Assembly (NCBI GenBank): GCA_035221665.1
Contig: CM069140.1
Span: 41,974,001-42,038,000, forward strand
From: Okamejei kenojei
Lineage: Eukaryota
Direction: 5' to 3'
Length of the DNA: 64,000 nt
Part shown: positions 11,791-24,410 of the stretch, piece by piece
Layout: the number at the start of each line of letters is the position of its first letter
Position numbering within the stretch: the first letter of the stretch is position 1
The notes under the pieces: generated by a model
The model's input: only the letters and a program-made list of their open reading frames with translations
The model's database searches: none
Told to the model about the DNA's origin: nothing
Position numbers and translations under genes: made by a program

Positions 11791-13487
11791 CCTTGGGCTG
11801 GTTAGATCACCAGATATAATGTGGTAAGACCATTGGCCATGCCTACCAGACCCAATACCTACCAGATTCTGCTGTGCTATTTCATTCTGTTTCAAGTGTG
11901 TCCTAAAACAGATAAAGAAATCAAATGAAATTTTAGGCAAATATCTTTGCATGTAAATGCATGCCTGAGTGCCTCAGGTATCTTCTTCACACCTTTAAGC
12001 AGATTGTAATCCTGTTGTTGAAAGGAGCAATTTGTCCTTGAAAATAAATGTAAACACAATCGTAGCTCAGCTGCCTGCCCAATGACTTGACATCCCCATG
12101 TTTTTCATAACCTTTACCATCTAATTGAAAAGTCTTGAGACTAACTTTGCTTGTTAGTTGTTCAAAGATAGTATTCAGCCAGTGTCCACATACTTGAACT
12201 CGCAATAGATCTCTCTTTGGGACCTCATTTCATTTTCTGCCTTATATCTCACTATTCAAACAGTTAATTACTGCTACTTAGAGACTCTGCTGTTACAGGC
12301 TGAAATCCTATCAGTTGAGATGCGCAGCACGCAGCCTGTGCAGAACTGCTGAGGCAGCAGTCAGAGGGAGCCACAAAGAAACCCAGTACCTCCCTTGGCT
12401 CTCTGCAATAGCAACAAACCTGTAGGGAGACATCCTACAGAGAGGAAGGCATAGCATTGCGGTAACAATAGCAACACTTTGGAGAAGATTGTCGGCCCCC
12501 CAACAGAGGCATTGCAATAGACCAAGCACAACCCAAGAGCTATAATCTATGTTGTAAACAGTTAATAAGGAAGAAATACCTGTTGAACAGCATATTGTGC
12601 AAGCAAACAGTAGGCTCATCCAGCAATAACTTTCAATCATATGTTGAGCTCATCATGAGGGTGAGCATTACTATGTTCATGCAGGTCAGATTAAAATGTA
12701 AAAAAAACAAACATACATTTAAACCAGAAGGTCTGCATGTTGTTACTCTTGTGAATGAGGGTTTATGTGCTAATTGCTGCCATGTGTTTATTAGTGTTTC
12801 ATTTTCCCAATGTAAAGCTGCATGATACTGTGAGAAGCTCAACATTTTTTCATGGTTTACCAGAAATAGCACGACTTGTTTTCTTCATACCGTGCATAAC
12901 TACTGACAAAATTGATCATTCAAGCACAATTCATTCCATATGCATACCAGATACAACTGCTAACTAACTGTCAAATCTCATCGTGCACTCAGTGCTCCAT
13001 ATTTTTTATGCTTTAGAGGTCGGCATAACACCACTTTTCCCAGCTGGCACAGCTCCACCTGGTTAATAAACCTAATGGACCTTTTTAATTAAGGATGACA
13101 TAAAAGGCCTTATTTATTAAAAACTTCACAGACTCTTTATTTTATCCGATGATTTTCGCAATGATCTGACAGTGATCTATGGTTAACATTACCTTTCATA
13201 ACCCAATCACTAATTATCCTCAGCAATGATAATGGAAAGTATTTAAATATCAATGCTACATATTTTTAAAATGTGGGTATACTGACATTCTTGGGGACCA
13301 CCATTGCCCCCCAATAGAAAATGACGCATTGCTGTTTTGTGTGTATCCAGGAAAGGAGAGGAATTGTAGAACAGGACCTGCTTCCAAATCATGGACAGGG
13401 TATGCGTGGCATTAGATGGTAAAAGTATATAAGCAACTCAAGAATTTAATATTGTTACTGAGAATCTGATAAGGCTCATTCTTTCCC

Positions 13488-13660
13488 TTGGCTTAATGGT
13501 GACACTTTTGCCTCTGAATTAGAACACTTATATATACTTGCCAAAGAATTGAGTTCAAGGTTAAGGCTCACAGTCCAATGTAGAACCTCAGGAATTATCT
13601 TTCAGATGAAAAGTTAATCCAAATGACCTTTCAAATGAATGTAATAGATCCCATGTAAGT
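13488..13660 (+). mobile_element. Degenerate Deu-domain (SacSINE1/AmnSINE-like) SINE
   Basis: TGGCTTAATGGTGACACTTTTGCCTCTGA...TCTTTCAGATGAAAAGTTAA...AGATCCCATG resembles the Deu core (from memory). Confidence 0.4.
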
Positions 13661-13684
13661 AAATAGGCATTACAATTTTATAAG

Positions 13685-13778
13685 CAAAAAACAAAGTGCT
13701 GGGGGAACTCAGCAGGTCAACTTGCATCTGTGGATGGGTAGGGCAGGTGATGTTTCAGGTTGGGACCCTTCTTCATGC
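13685..13778 (-). mobile_element. PLE-derived pLTR fragment
   Basis: Minus strand reads TGAAGAAGGGTCCCAACCTGAAACATCACC...CAGATGC...CTGCTGAGTTCC. Confidence 0.7.
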
Positions 13779-14689
13779 TCCTTTACAGTATTATAATCCC
13801 ACCTTTAATCTCGCTTTCCATCTATGGAGAATTGAGTTACTGAGTTTACCGGATGGTGAGAAGGTGGTTGGGTAGGGTTTACTGTTACAACTTGTATTTA
13901 TGCAATGCCTTTTGACATAGAAACATTCAAGGCCCACAGCAGGGACAAGCAAAGTTTTGACATCTAGGCAAGGAAGGAAAGATGAGAAGTTGTAATAATA
14001 TTGGTAATCGGAGTGAAGTTGAAGAATCACTGACAAAATGACATTACCATCTAAGGCATAATCTCAGCAAGACACGGGTGTAGGAGCAATAAATCAGGTT
14101 TCTAAGAAAAGGCTAAATGGATGGAGCAAGAGTAAGGAGACCAATGGGTAGCTTTATGATGACATTTGATAGTCATCACAATTTATACAGAGCTGGTGAT
14201 GGAAAGCAACAGTAGTACAGTTTTGACCTGGGATTTTGCTCAGAAGCAACACTTCATGAAATTAGAATCAGTATTAATGCTGATTCCAAAATCTACATTA
14301 CCATTATGCTCTGCAAGGGTTTTCTACTAGAGTGAGCATATACTTTGGAGGGAAGTGTGAAGCAAAGCTGCAATGCTGGGGCATGCAGGGGGAGAATACG
14401 GGACATAGATGGTTGGTATGTTCTCGCCATTGAGTGTACAGCGCAAAAACAACACGAACAGTGAGGTTACAGGTCGTTTAAGAATTATGCCACACATTAT
14501 GAGTTTTCCAGGTGAAAACAGAAGGTACCAGAGTCAAGGGATATTTTAACGAGGGAGAGGAAGTTGGGTAATAAGTTGGGTTGGGGATCAGCAGTGAGAT
14601 GGAGAAAATATATAATTTCTGTACATCAGTCAGGCAGCAGGCACCACTGCTGTGCCTTTGGTGACAACTGCAAAGATGAAAGGGCTGTT

Positions 14690-15165
14690 AGAGTCCTTAG
14701 ATGGTGGAACAAGAAGAGGTAAAAGGATTGGTGTTGGATCCATTGTGATTGCATGTTAAAGTGCTGTGAGAAAGGGATTGAGTATTAATGAAGATAGGAG
14801 AATGACCCAGAGAGTCGCAGGGGGAATGGTCCTTTCAGGATGCTGAAAGTGGAAATGAGTAGCATCTCATTGAATCTGGCAAAATAACAGAGGTGGATCC
14901 CTTGAATATGGAAGCTGGTGGAGTGGGAGATAAGGCAAAAGGGATCTTATAATTGCTGTGGGTGAGAGGTGTAGTGGCGAGAACAGAACTGTGGGAAAGA
15001 ATCAGGCACAATTGTGAATCCTATCAGCTATGGTACAGAGCTAGCCAATAGTTAAGGAATATGGAAAACATCCTATAAGCCTGGTGTGAACATTTCATCA
15101 TCAGAATAGATCCAATAGAGCCAAAGAAACTGGGAGAATAGAGTAGCATGTTTACACGAAACACC
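14690..15165 (-). mobile_element. Old Penelope-like element, RT C-terminal/linker region
   Basis: Minus strand ATTCTCCCAGTTTCTTTGGCTC...ATCTATTCTGATGATG (PFSQFLRLRRICSDD-like) and GACCATTCCCCCTGCGACTCTCTGG (DHSLRDSL-like). Heavily degenerate. Confidence 0.55.
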
Positions 15166-15574
15166 CTTGCCCATAAAGCTACTTATTATTATTAAATTTT
15201 CATAATGATTTATTATGGGTGCATATCTCATGGAATGTGTGTTGAGAGATATTGACTGTTGAAAAATGAATTCAGAATTGATCTTTAAATTACTGCCTGG
15301 GGAATAAATAATAAAACTGGTTCTCCCCTGTTACCACTTGAGCTCAATTTCAGAAAGAGCATCTCTTGAATTATCATTCCCAAAATGTACCAGTTTCCAT
15401 CAAGCTGCTACATATTGGAAATGATAATTCACGAGATGCTATTTCTGAAATTGAATGAAGCAGGCCAATTCACTTCATGTAAGGTGTAAAGAAGTTATGG
15501 CGAGAAACAATGACCTACTGTATATCCACCATCCTCCTGAATCTGCTCAAAATACTTTTCACTAATAGTACTAA

Positions 15575-15604
15575 CCAAAGATCCTATAGCTATAGGATCT
15601 TTGG
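15575..15604. mobile_element. 30-bp perfect palindrome (fused TIRs) with 6-bp TSD TACTAA
   Basis: CCAAAGATCCTATAG|CTATAGGATCTTTGG flanked by TACTAA at 15569-15574 and 15605-15610. Confidence 0.75.
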
Positions 15605-15855
15605 TACTAACTGATAATCAAGTCTGTGCCATAAACTTAGTCTTGATTTCACAAACACGTCCCACAGCTAGATATAACACACTGTGGAACAAACCCTAGG
15701 AATTTTCTTGTTTGATATACCTGAATAAATTTGGTGCAATCTTACAGTACACTTCAAAAGAGATCTCTGTATACCATGAAATGCTGTTATAGAAGAAGGG
15801 TTGAGGCAGTTGGAAGCTGATGCCAATAATAACCCTGTCAGGGTGAAAGGACACC

Positions 15856-15906
15856 CTTTCCTTTTCCTTGCCCCAAACACTAAGTTTGGGGCAAGGAAAA
15901 GGAAAG
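15856..15906. repeat. Perfect 23-bp inverted repeat, 5-nt loop
   Basis: CTTTCCTTTTCCTTGCCCCAAAC-actaa-GTTTGGGGCAAGGAAAAGGAAAG. Confidence 0.95.
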
Positions 15907-16793
15907 AGAACAGGAAAGCTTACTGCCAGAGAAAGGGAAAGGTAAAAGATAGAAGTGGTGGGTGCTGCCTCTTTAATAAACCAGGATATTATTTGAACGT
16001 GTATACATGCACCGAGATATGGTAAAATATTTGTAGGTCAGTGGGGGATGGGGGAGAGATCTTGAATCTGGTCATCCTATGAAGATGACAAGCAGATGTG
16101 AGTTGGTTTCATGTGGTTACGTTATAGATTGTTTATTTTTAATGTATCTGAAGTATTGTTTCTGATTGTGTTTTACAGTTTTTTTCTCTGGCATTGAATC
16201 AAAAGTCTGGATTAGAATCTTAATACTTAGGACTTGAAATATGTAAGATTTTTGCTTTTGCAAACCAGTATTTCAACTAGAACACCTATTTGACAGAGAG
16301 AAATACTGATTAGCAATCTAAGCATCGCTGTGAACATACATCTGGCAGAATGAACACATTAGGTGTGTTTGAGAGGTATGAATGTATTAATTCTGATAGT
16401 TGCAGATTTGAAATTTTAAAGGCTCGCTAGAAGGGCTGCATTATCTTACATATGAATTAAACCATAATTTTATAACTTTAGTTCACAGATAGTAAATGGG
16501 TGGTTGCCAAGTCTATTTGACATCGCCGAGTAACGATTTAATTCCCAAGTACTAGGGTAACTACATTACCTGAACTGGTACTGGGCTTCACGCAACAAGA
16601 TGCTCTAGATTCCAATTTTAGTCTGTGCTGATCAACTGATGATCCAAGTTCTAAGGGATAGTCAGTAATTTTATTGTTGGAAAGAATATGTGTGTGGCCA
16701 GGATTGAGATTAGATGCAATAACCTTGCGCATTCCCTGTCCATCACCTATATGTGGAACTGCGTTCTGCCATAGAAAAGCTAAAAACAAATAC

Positions 16794-17092
16794 GGGCGGC
16801 ACGGTGGCATAGCAGTAGAGTTGCTGCCATACAGCGCTTGCAGCACCAGAGACTCAAGTTCAACCCTGACTGTGCATGATGTCTGTAAGGAGTTTGTACG
16901 TTCTCCCCGTGACTGTGTGGGTTTTCTACGAGATCTTCGGTTTTGTCCTACACTCCAAAGACATACAGGTTTGTAGGTTAATTGGCTTAGTATGTCTGTA
17001 AATTGTCCCTAGTGTGTGTATTGTTTATGTGCGGGGATCGCTGGTCAGTGCAGAATCGGTGTTTCCACATAATATCTGTAAACTAAATTAAA
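16794..17092 (+). mobile_element. Full-length HE1-like tRNA-derived SINE
   Basis: GGGCGGCACGGTGGCATAGCAG (A box), decayed B box AGTTCAACC, V-type core and (TAAAC)-type tail. Confidence 0.9.
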
Positions 17093-19405
17093 ATGACAAA
17101 ACGTGGAGAGCAATTATTTGACATTGCGATGCAAAACATCGATTAGAAAGCTAACCATTGGCACATTAACCCCATGAATTCTTGCATAATCTATTTCAAA
17201 GACAATACCTCTTGTTTAATATTAGAAAAAAAACTATTTATATTGAAGAAACTATTGAGTGAACTTCATTAATTCATAAAGGTGCAGTATTACATAATAG
17301 TGTCTTTTTTACTGAGTCAAGAAAAGAAAGACGTATCATAAAGTGCTGAAATAATTTGAATTAAACTCTGAAGTTTTCTCTGTGTTATATGAGTCAGTTA
17401 ACCCAGTAAATCAAAATATATTCTGCCTATTTAGCACATCATAGATCGTATAACAATTGTTCAAAGCATACCCACTGACTGAGATATCCTGCAATAATTT
17501 ATGATGAAGGTATTTCAGGGAAGGTATAACACATCTGCAGATGAATTTCTCTTCTTTAGTTGAATACGGGCACTGTCAGCTCTGTTTAATGAGTTGGTTT
17601 TCTCTAATGCATCATGCTTTTGCTCTATGAAAGTCATCATGATCATTTTGTTTATCTCCAGAAAGGTCACAGTGATGGTCTGCAAAACACAAATGGTACT
17701 TTGTCACAGATTATCATCTCATAAATCACTGGCAGTAGGAGAGGACCACTTGAGGCATCCACAAGGATCCAATGGTTTTTTTTATTGGGAAAAAAATACT
17801 TTTGCTTGTTGTCATCTCATTTCTTTGTTTCATAAATAGTTATCATGGGGGTAGAGACCATTAGCTGCTACTCTTTCAAAACTGCTTTCAGTGACACCAG
17901 AATGTATAAAAGAGAATACGTTTGTGTGATATTTCACACATAACAACTGATTTTGTGTGTTATGACCGGAAAGCGCAAGTTTTATTACATCTATGACACT
18001 AATATAATTTATGAATTTTCATTATAAAACCAGTGATTTCTACTTTGGCTGTTCTCTGCTGTATAGTTCCTCAAATAAATTATGCTTTCAACTTCTTACA
18101 TGTGGACATTTTGTGTAAAGATGGCAAGGTTATTAAGGTTGTGCCTCTGTTCAGGAATGGGGGAAAGGACACATAAGGTCAAGGGGTCTCAGTGACTCCG
18201 TCCAGTATTTTATAAATAGTAAACTTCGAACAGCATTTGACAATATTAGTGCTCAGCAAAATTATATTAATTGGACAGCCAGGAGAAAGCCGTGTCCAGC
18301 AAATGTAACACTGACAACAGATAGACACTGCACCAATAACAGGAATGACATGGTATTAATAATAGAAAATGTAGAAGGTGTTTTGGCTGTGCATTTTTAA
18401 AGGATGTCTATTGGGGTGTCTCTGGGCAGATAAAGGTGGCATTGAGATGCCAGGATATTACAGCAAATGTTGCAGCATGATAAAAAGCTGGTCGAAGGGT
18501 AAGAGCGGCAAATTAAAGGTTTTAAACCATAGTATTGTAAAACTCAGGATGGGATCCATTATCTGTGTCAACTCAGTTGATTATTTTATGGTGAATTCTG
18601 TTAAAAATGAAGATGACACAAAAGAAATCAGTTTTCTATATCAGATGGAACAAGGAAAATCTAATGTCAATGGGGAAAGGAAATTGGGACCCCTTCAGGA
18701 GCCGCAGACAGCTTATCACATTCGTTTTATCACCTCACAAAGGTTACAAATTCAACCCTCGTTTATTAGGTTTGAGAACACAATAAGAATACCAACAACA
18801 TATCAAAGTTTTATTTTAAGTTGTAGTTTGCCAGATTCTGGTTGTTTACTCACTGATCATTAATATTTGAACACAATAGCATCCCTATTCAATAGAGGTG
18901 CTGTGACAGGTTTGAGTATGGAAATTTTGCAATATAACTGACCCTTCAACAAAGTACTAAGTTTAATTTTGGTTGGATTAATTACAGATCATCATGCAAC
19001 CTTCCCATCCCCAAACATAAATTATCTGGGCAAGTATCATAAATGTAAAAAAAAGAGGTTGAACCAATTATGAACCAAATAAATCATGTTTTCGGTAAGG
19101 AGAATGATGTATTTTAATATACCAATGTAAACATATGTGATAAATACAAAATGACTAGGATTTAATCTTGTATGATCGCTGTGAAAAAAAATGATATTTT
19201 TACTAACCTTGTGCTTCTTTCATGCTTTCAACTGTGATAGTCTTTTAACTGAGTATAATTTCTTTGTATTCTCAGCAGCCATATTTCTGCAATGGCACAG
19301 TGTCAATAGCAAGCGCTCAGTAATGTTGTAGCCTGAAGAAATGATGGGTGATTTAACAAATCCAAGTCACTGTGCCCTGAAACGACTGCCAAACTGCAGG
19401 GAAAG

Positions 19406-19480
19406 GTTTTTTTTCTTACATTCTCAGCTTTCTTATTCTTATCTACAAAATAAGAAAGCTGAGAATGTAAGAAATAAAAC
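19406..19480. repeat. Inverted repeat: 26-bp perfect arms, 11-nt loop
   Basis: 19412-19437 TTTCTTACATTCTCAGCTTTCTTATT pairs with 19449-19474. Extends to 32 bp with one mismatch. Confidence 0.95.
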
Positions 19481-20159
19481 AGTTGATGAAGATGTCAAGG
19501 CAGAATGTTGGTAGATATTCTTTCAATGTCTACCAACCAAACCAAACTACGTATTTTATGAAAGTGAAAGAAACATTCTTTGGGAAGAATGCAAAGACAG
19601 TAAAAGTCTCCAGGATCACAGATTCAAGCATAAAACATTGGGAATATCCATTGACACTTACAGTAACTGTCAGTCACCCAAGGAATAATGGAAAAATTAG
19701 GATTAGTTCTCTCCCAGCTATGTTGGCAAGAGGTAAGAGGAATTAAAAAGTAATTTGGTTCATTCAAGATTATCTTAATTTGCCTCTGTTCTATTTTGAA
19801 TCTCTTCACCATAATGATGAACGGAGACAGAGGCTGTATTGTTGTACTCAACATCCTTGGTTACACTGAAATCCAGACATCAGTTTGCTTAATGAAAATG
19901 TAACTGAGAATGAAATTGGAGGAATAAATCTTAAAGTACAGGAACATGCTATCATGTCAGAACTTAAAAATTATGCCATGGAGAAGACTCACCTGGAAAG
20001 CTGCTTCAGCCATACAATTTGTTAAGTGTGAGAACAGGTGTGGTTTCTTTTATCCTTCGTGAAGCGTAAGGTAAACAATATTTATCTCAATCAGCACTTT
20101 AAAATAATTTACCCCAATGTAAATTTCTAACTAATAAGGGAGACAGATTTAAAAAGATT

Positions 20160-20256
20160 TTAGACACAAAATGCTGGAGCAACTCTGTGGGACAAGCAAC
20201 TTCTCTGAAGAGAAGGAATGGGTGACATTTCGGGTCGAGACCCTTCTTTGGACTGA
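20160..20256 (-). mobile_element. PLE-derived pLTR fragment
   Basis: Minus strand AAGAAGGGTCTCGACCCGAAATGTCACCCATTCCTTCTC. Confidence 0.8.
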
Positions 20257-20442
20257 TCTCTTAAAAAGATTTTGGTACCTTAGACTCACGGCTTCTGCAC
20301 TCTGTAAATTTTCACATTTGCACGAATGTATCTGGTATAGTCTGCATGGTTAGTACGCATAACAATTTTGTTGCTGTATTTCGGTACACGTGGCAATAAT
20401 AAGCCAATACCAATACCATAGTTATCTATGAAATTCTTTGTA

Positions 20443-22077
20443 CAGGTTGTACACCGATTTTCTAGCACCCCTGATTCCAGAGCCTTTCAGGATTATCCAT
20501 TTTTCCAGACCAACAGAGGGCAAGTGATAATGAAATGACGATAGGCCTTTGGCCCACCGCTGCCCTCCTGTGTCTCTGAAACACCGTGGAGTGTCAGAAA
20601 CATAAATAAAACAAATATAAAATGTAAACTGAAGGGGCTGTCCCGCAGCGGCGACCTAATCTGTGAGTTTAGAAGAGTTTGCCCTCGATTCAAACTCGCA
20701 GCATGGTCGACACGTGGTCCTAGGCGGTCCTATGAGGTCACTGGAACTCTCCTTCATGCTCGAGGTAAGTTCCCGCATACTCGCGGTCTCAGTTTGGTAG
20801 AGGAAAATTTTGCAGCATGCTGAAAAATTTTCCGCGAATAAAAATTGGTTGGCATGGTTCTTTTGAACTCGTAGTGCAGTGGAGTGGGGTCTCTATGTAG
20901 TTACAGGCAATCTCCTTCGCTGACCGGGCATTTTAATTGGCTCATTGGAGTTTTCAGGACCAAGGAAAACCAACCAGTAATGTAAAATGTCCGCTAAACT
21001 TTATTAAAAGTTGTCTGGCTTCTTAAAAGTGTCTCCACTCCTTCTCCCCCCCCCCCCCCCCCCCCTCTCTCCCCCCTCTCTGCCCTTCTCTCCCCACCCC
21101 ACGCTCTCTAAAGGACTTACCGTACACTGTGCAGCCGACTTTTACCTTTCTGTTCATCGCGGGTGTGAATTTCAGACAGCGCTCCCCCGCTTGCCCTGGC
21201 CCCTGCCTTTACGAAGTGTTTGTGTGTGTGTGTGCGGTCGGTTGATCCAGCTCGCTGTTTCATCGCTGACAGTCGATCCAGCTTGAGGTTTTTCAGGCGA
21301 GTGCCCTCGAGCTTAAAGGTCAAAGACAGTCGTTGAAAGGTCGCATCAGTGGGACAGGCCCTTAATGTGAATAGATTGACCCACCAACCTAACCCTGGCT
21401 CCCAACATCTCTCCGGACGTTTAGAGCCCCGGCTTCCAGCCCCACTCCCAATTCGCATGGTGCATCAGAGAGCCCTTCTTCACTCACTGCACAGTCCGGT
21501 GACACAGTTGTTGGTGCAGCTTACGTTGTATCCTCTGGCGACAGCATTTTCTTCGGTCCATCGGCACCGACTAAAGCTTGGTCACCATGGGGCTCGCTTC
21601 CCTCTCACCTGCTGTCGATTCCAAGGTGGAGTTTGTTGGCAACTCCTGTGGAGAATGAGTAGGCAGCGGCAGTGGTGGAGGGAGAAAGGGGGTGGGGGGG
21701 GGGGGGACTAGGCCGGCTGGTCAGAGCGATGGGAGAAGCTGGTGTTAGAGGTTGACAAAACCACCACTGACAGCAAGAAACAGCAGCAGGTGAGAGGGAG
21801 GGAGCCCCATGGTGACCAAGTGCTTTTGTCGGTGGTGGCAACCCAAAGAAAGCGCTGTCATCAGGGGCTGCAACGTGAGCCGCAACAATAGCCATGTCAC
21901 CGAACTGTGCAGTGGTTGAAGGAGGGCTCGTTAGTGCACCATGCGAGTCAGGAATGGGGTCGGAAGCCAGGGCTTTAAACAGCCGGGGAGATGATGGAAA
22001 CCGGGGATGGGTCGGCAGGTCCGTCCACAATATCTGAAATCCGTCATAAAGTGGTCCATTAAAATGGGAGTCTACTG
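20443..22077. mobile_element. Probable Tc1/pogo(Tigger)-like non-autonomous element hosting the Harbinger insertion
   Basis: TA|CAG...CTG|TA ends. Left CAGGTTGTACACCGATTTT and right (reverse-complemented) CAGTAGACTCCCATTTT are only partially similar, so this could be two elements. GC-rich body. Confidence 0.4.
20633..21362. mobile_element. Non-autonomous PIF/Harbinger-like DNA transposon (~730 bp)
   Basis: TIRs AGGGGCTGTCCC / GGGACAGGCCCT flanked by 3-bp TGA and TAA (TNA-type TSD, one mismatch). Confidence 0.75.
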
Positions 22078-22754
22078 TATTGTTTTTGCGTTAGGAGAGA
22101 AGATTAAGAGCATAGTTGAAAAGAGATTCGGGAAGCAGCCTTTTAAGGGTGCCCTGTACATTAGAGAAGGCTTGACAGGAAGTTCAGAGTTACAGAGGCT
22201 AGAGGAACATTGGACAGAATGGTGGAAGGAGGGGTTGTCCGGTGGTGCGTGTGGGCAGAGATACAATTAGACAAGGTCAAGGAGAGAATTCAATGTTTAG
22301 ATGTAAACAAATAACTCTCTTGTGATGGAGTCAACAGGACCCAAAAGAGTGCTCGTCACTCACACTGCCTCCTGTGGCCGCTCAGGGAATTTCAACTGAG
22401 CTATCGTTATTTTGTCCAGATAATAGGGGAGAGACCATTAGTTGCCAGAAAATCGTTTTTCAATCTGTGTTTATTATTTTTACAGATGCAAAAATGCACA
22501 TTTGTAACACGGAAAGTGTCCATGATGTCATACACAGATGCCTCCCTATGTATTTGATCAGGTTTCAGCATAAGTAAAAATGCTTTTTGTGATAGTTAAA
22601 TAATGGTCCCGTATTAAATGAGGTTTACATAATCTACCACTTCTGGCAGGACCTCACTGAATTTGTGTTTGTTATTTGTTAAAGGAGCAGCAGAAAAACA
22701 AATTCATTTAGGAATCCAACTTTGAAATCTCTAGTCATCTCTATAGAGGATTAT

Positions 22755-23284
22755 AACCATATAACAATTACAGCACGGAAACAGGCCCTCTCGGCCCTTC
22801 CAGTCCGTGCCGACCATTTGTTTTCCCCTAGTCCCATCTACCTGCACTCAGACCATACCCCTCCATTCCCTTCACGTCCATATACCTATCCACCTTTACT
22901 CTTAAATGTTAAAATCGATCCTGCCTCCACCACTTCTGCTGGAAGCTGATTCCACACAGCCACCACCCTCTGAGTAAAGAAGTTCCCCCTCACGTTACTC
23001 CGAAACCTCTGTCCCTTAATTCTCATGTCATGCCCTCTTGTTTGAATCTTCCCTACCCTCAATGGGAAAAACGTATCCACGTCAACTCTGTCTATCCCTT
23101 TCATCATTTTAAAGACCTCAATCAAGTCCCCCCTTAACCTTCTGCGCTCCAAAGAATAAAGACCTAACTTGTTCAACCTTTCTCTGTAACATAGTTGCTG
23201 GAACCCTGGCAACATTCTAGTAAATCTCCTCTGTACTCTCTCTATTTTGTTGACATCCTTCCTATAACTAGGCGACCAAAATTG
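22755..23284 (-). mobile_element. Young CR1 LINE, 5'-truncated
   Basis: QFWSPSYRKDVNKIERVQRRFTRMLPG...LRGDLIEVFKMMKG...FFTQRVVAVWN. Same subfamily as 55229-55912. Confidence 0.93.
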
Positions 23285-24039
23285 TATGTTGTGAATTGAA
23301 ATACCCTTAGATTTGCCCTTGCACAATAACTGTGAACCAGAAATAGAAGGCAAGATATCATGAGGGGCTACTGAAATGGACAGCATAGATGTACAGAGCT
23401 TGTGTCCAGAGAGTGTTGAAACTCAAATATAACCAAATTTAGCAGGTGTTGAGTGGAAAGCAAACATATGGAATGTTTGAAATGGGAATTCTGGCTGTTT
23501 TTATTCAGCTTTGCACATCTTCACTCCACCCCAATGGGACTAGTTAACTCATCTCCGTCTGCAAATCGAACCTGGCCGTCCTGATCTAAACAATTATAGA
23601 CAATTTCAATGTTACTGTGAGCTGGTGTCTTCATCCAGTGGTTGACTATAAATTTGAAACTACTGCTCTCTGTAATACAGCCAGCCTTTTTATTACCTTT
23701 ATATACCACCTTTCTAATTATTATTTTTGAATCCACTGTTTTCAGATGTTGATATGCTAAGTTGTTTTGACCAAGATAGGCAACTTTCAGTCAAGGATTT
23801 GCAGAGATCTAAACTACGAGGAGACACATGTTATTGAGGTTCAGTTCATATTTCATCCCATCCTGGAAAGAAATAAATCATTTTGTTACTTATTCCAAGA
23901 AATTGTTTTTCTTTATTGCAGTATTCCAGCAGCTGTTTGGAGAAACAGACATTTTCACTCAAACAAACTTAACCAGCTGGGAAAAGCAGAGAGTTCTGGT
24001 CACCCATTGATGATGTTGTAGTACCTTTAAAATGGATAT

Positions 24040-24410
24040 CCTAATGGCTGAGCAGTAAATTTACTTTGCTGCCTGGTGCAGAACCACAAAATGTGGGAAG
24101 ATCCTGGAACGAATCCCTATTCTGTGCGGAGCTGAATGTTTGCATCCTGAGCATCAGTCACAATGTCACAACAGATTTCAGTATCCCTCCTGCCACCCCA
24201 GGGAGAGGGAAGGAGAAATACATCTAAGTTTGTGTTCTGTTCACAGTTTAGTGACCCTCCGCGAGGAAGTGAATGCTTTTACTTATTGGCTAAAGACAGG
24301 ATTGGGCTCAGCTGTGATATCTGCTGCTGAATAGATTGCCAGCATTGACTGTTTAGGCTCACAAATGAAGAATGGTCACCTGGGCAAAATAATGGAGAGC
24401 TGCCAGTGCT
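24040..24410 (+). mobile_element. Ancient tRNA-type SINE (degenerate)
   Basis: TGGCTGAGCAG head and GACAGGATTGGGCTCAGCTGTGAT motif, shared in reverse with 46660-47020 (GGATGGATCGAGGCTCAGCTGCAAT). Confidence 0.45.

Noticed and set aside
18378-18960. 161-aa ORF
   Set aside because: No recognisable domain. It appears to overlap a very old CR1 RT remnant too degenerate to delimit.
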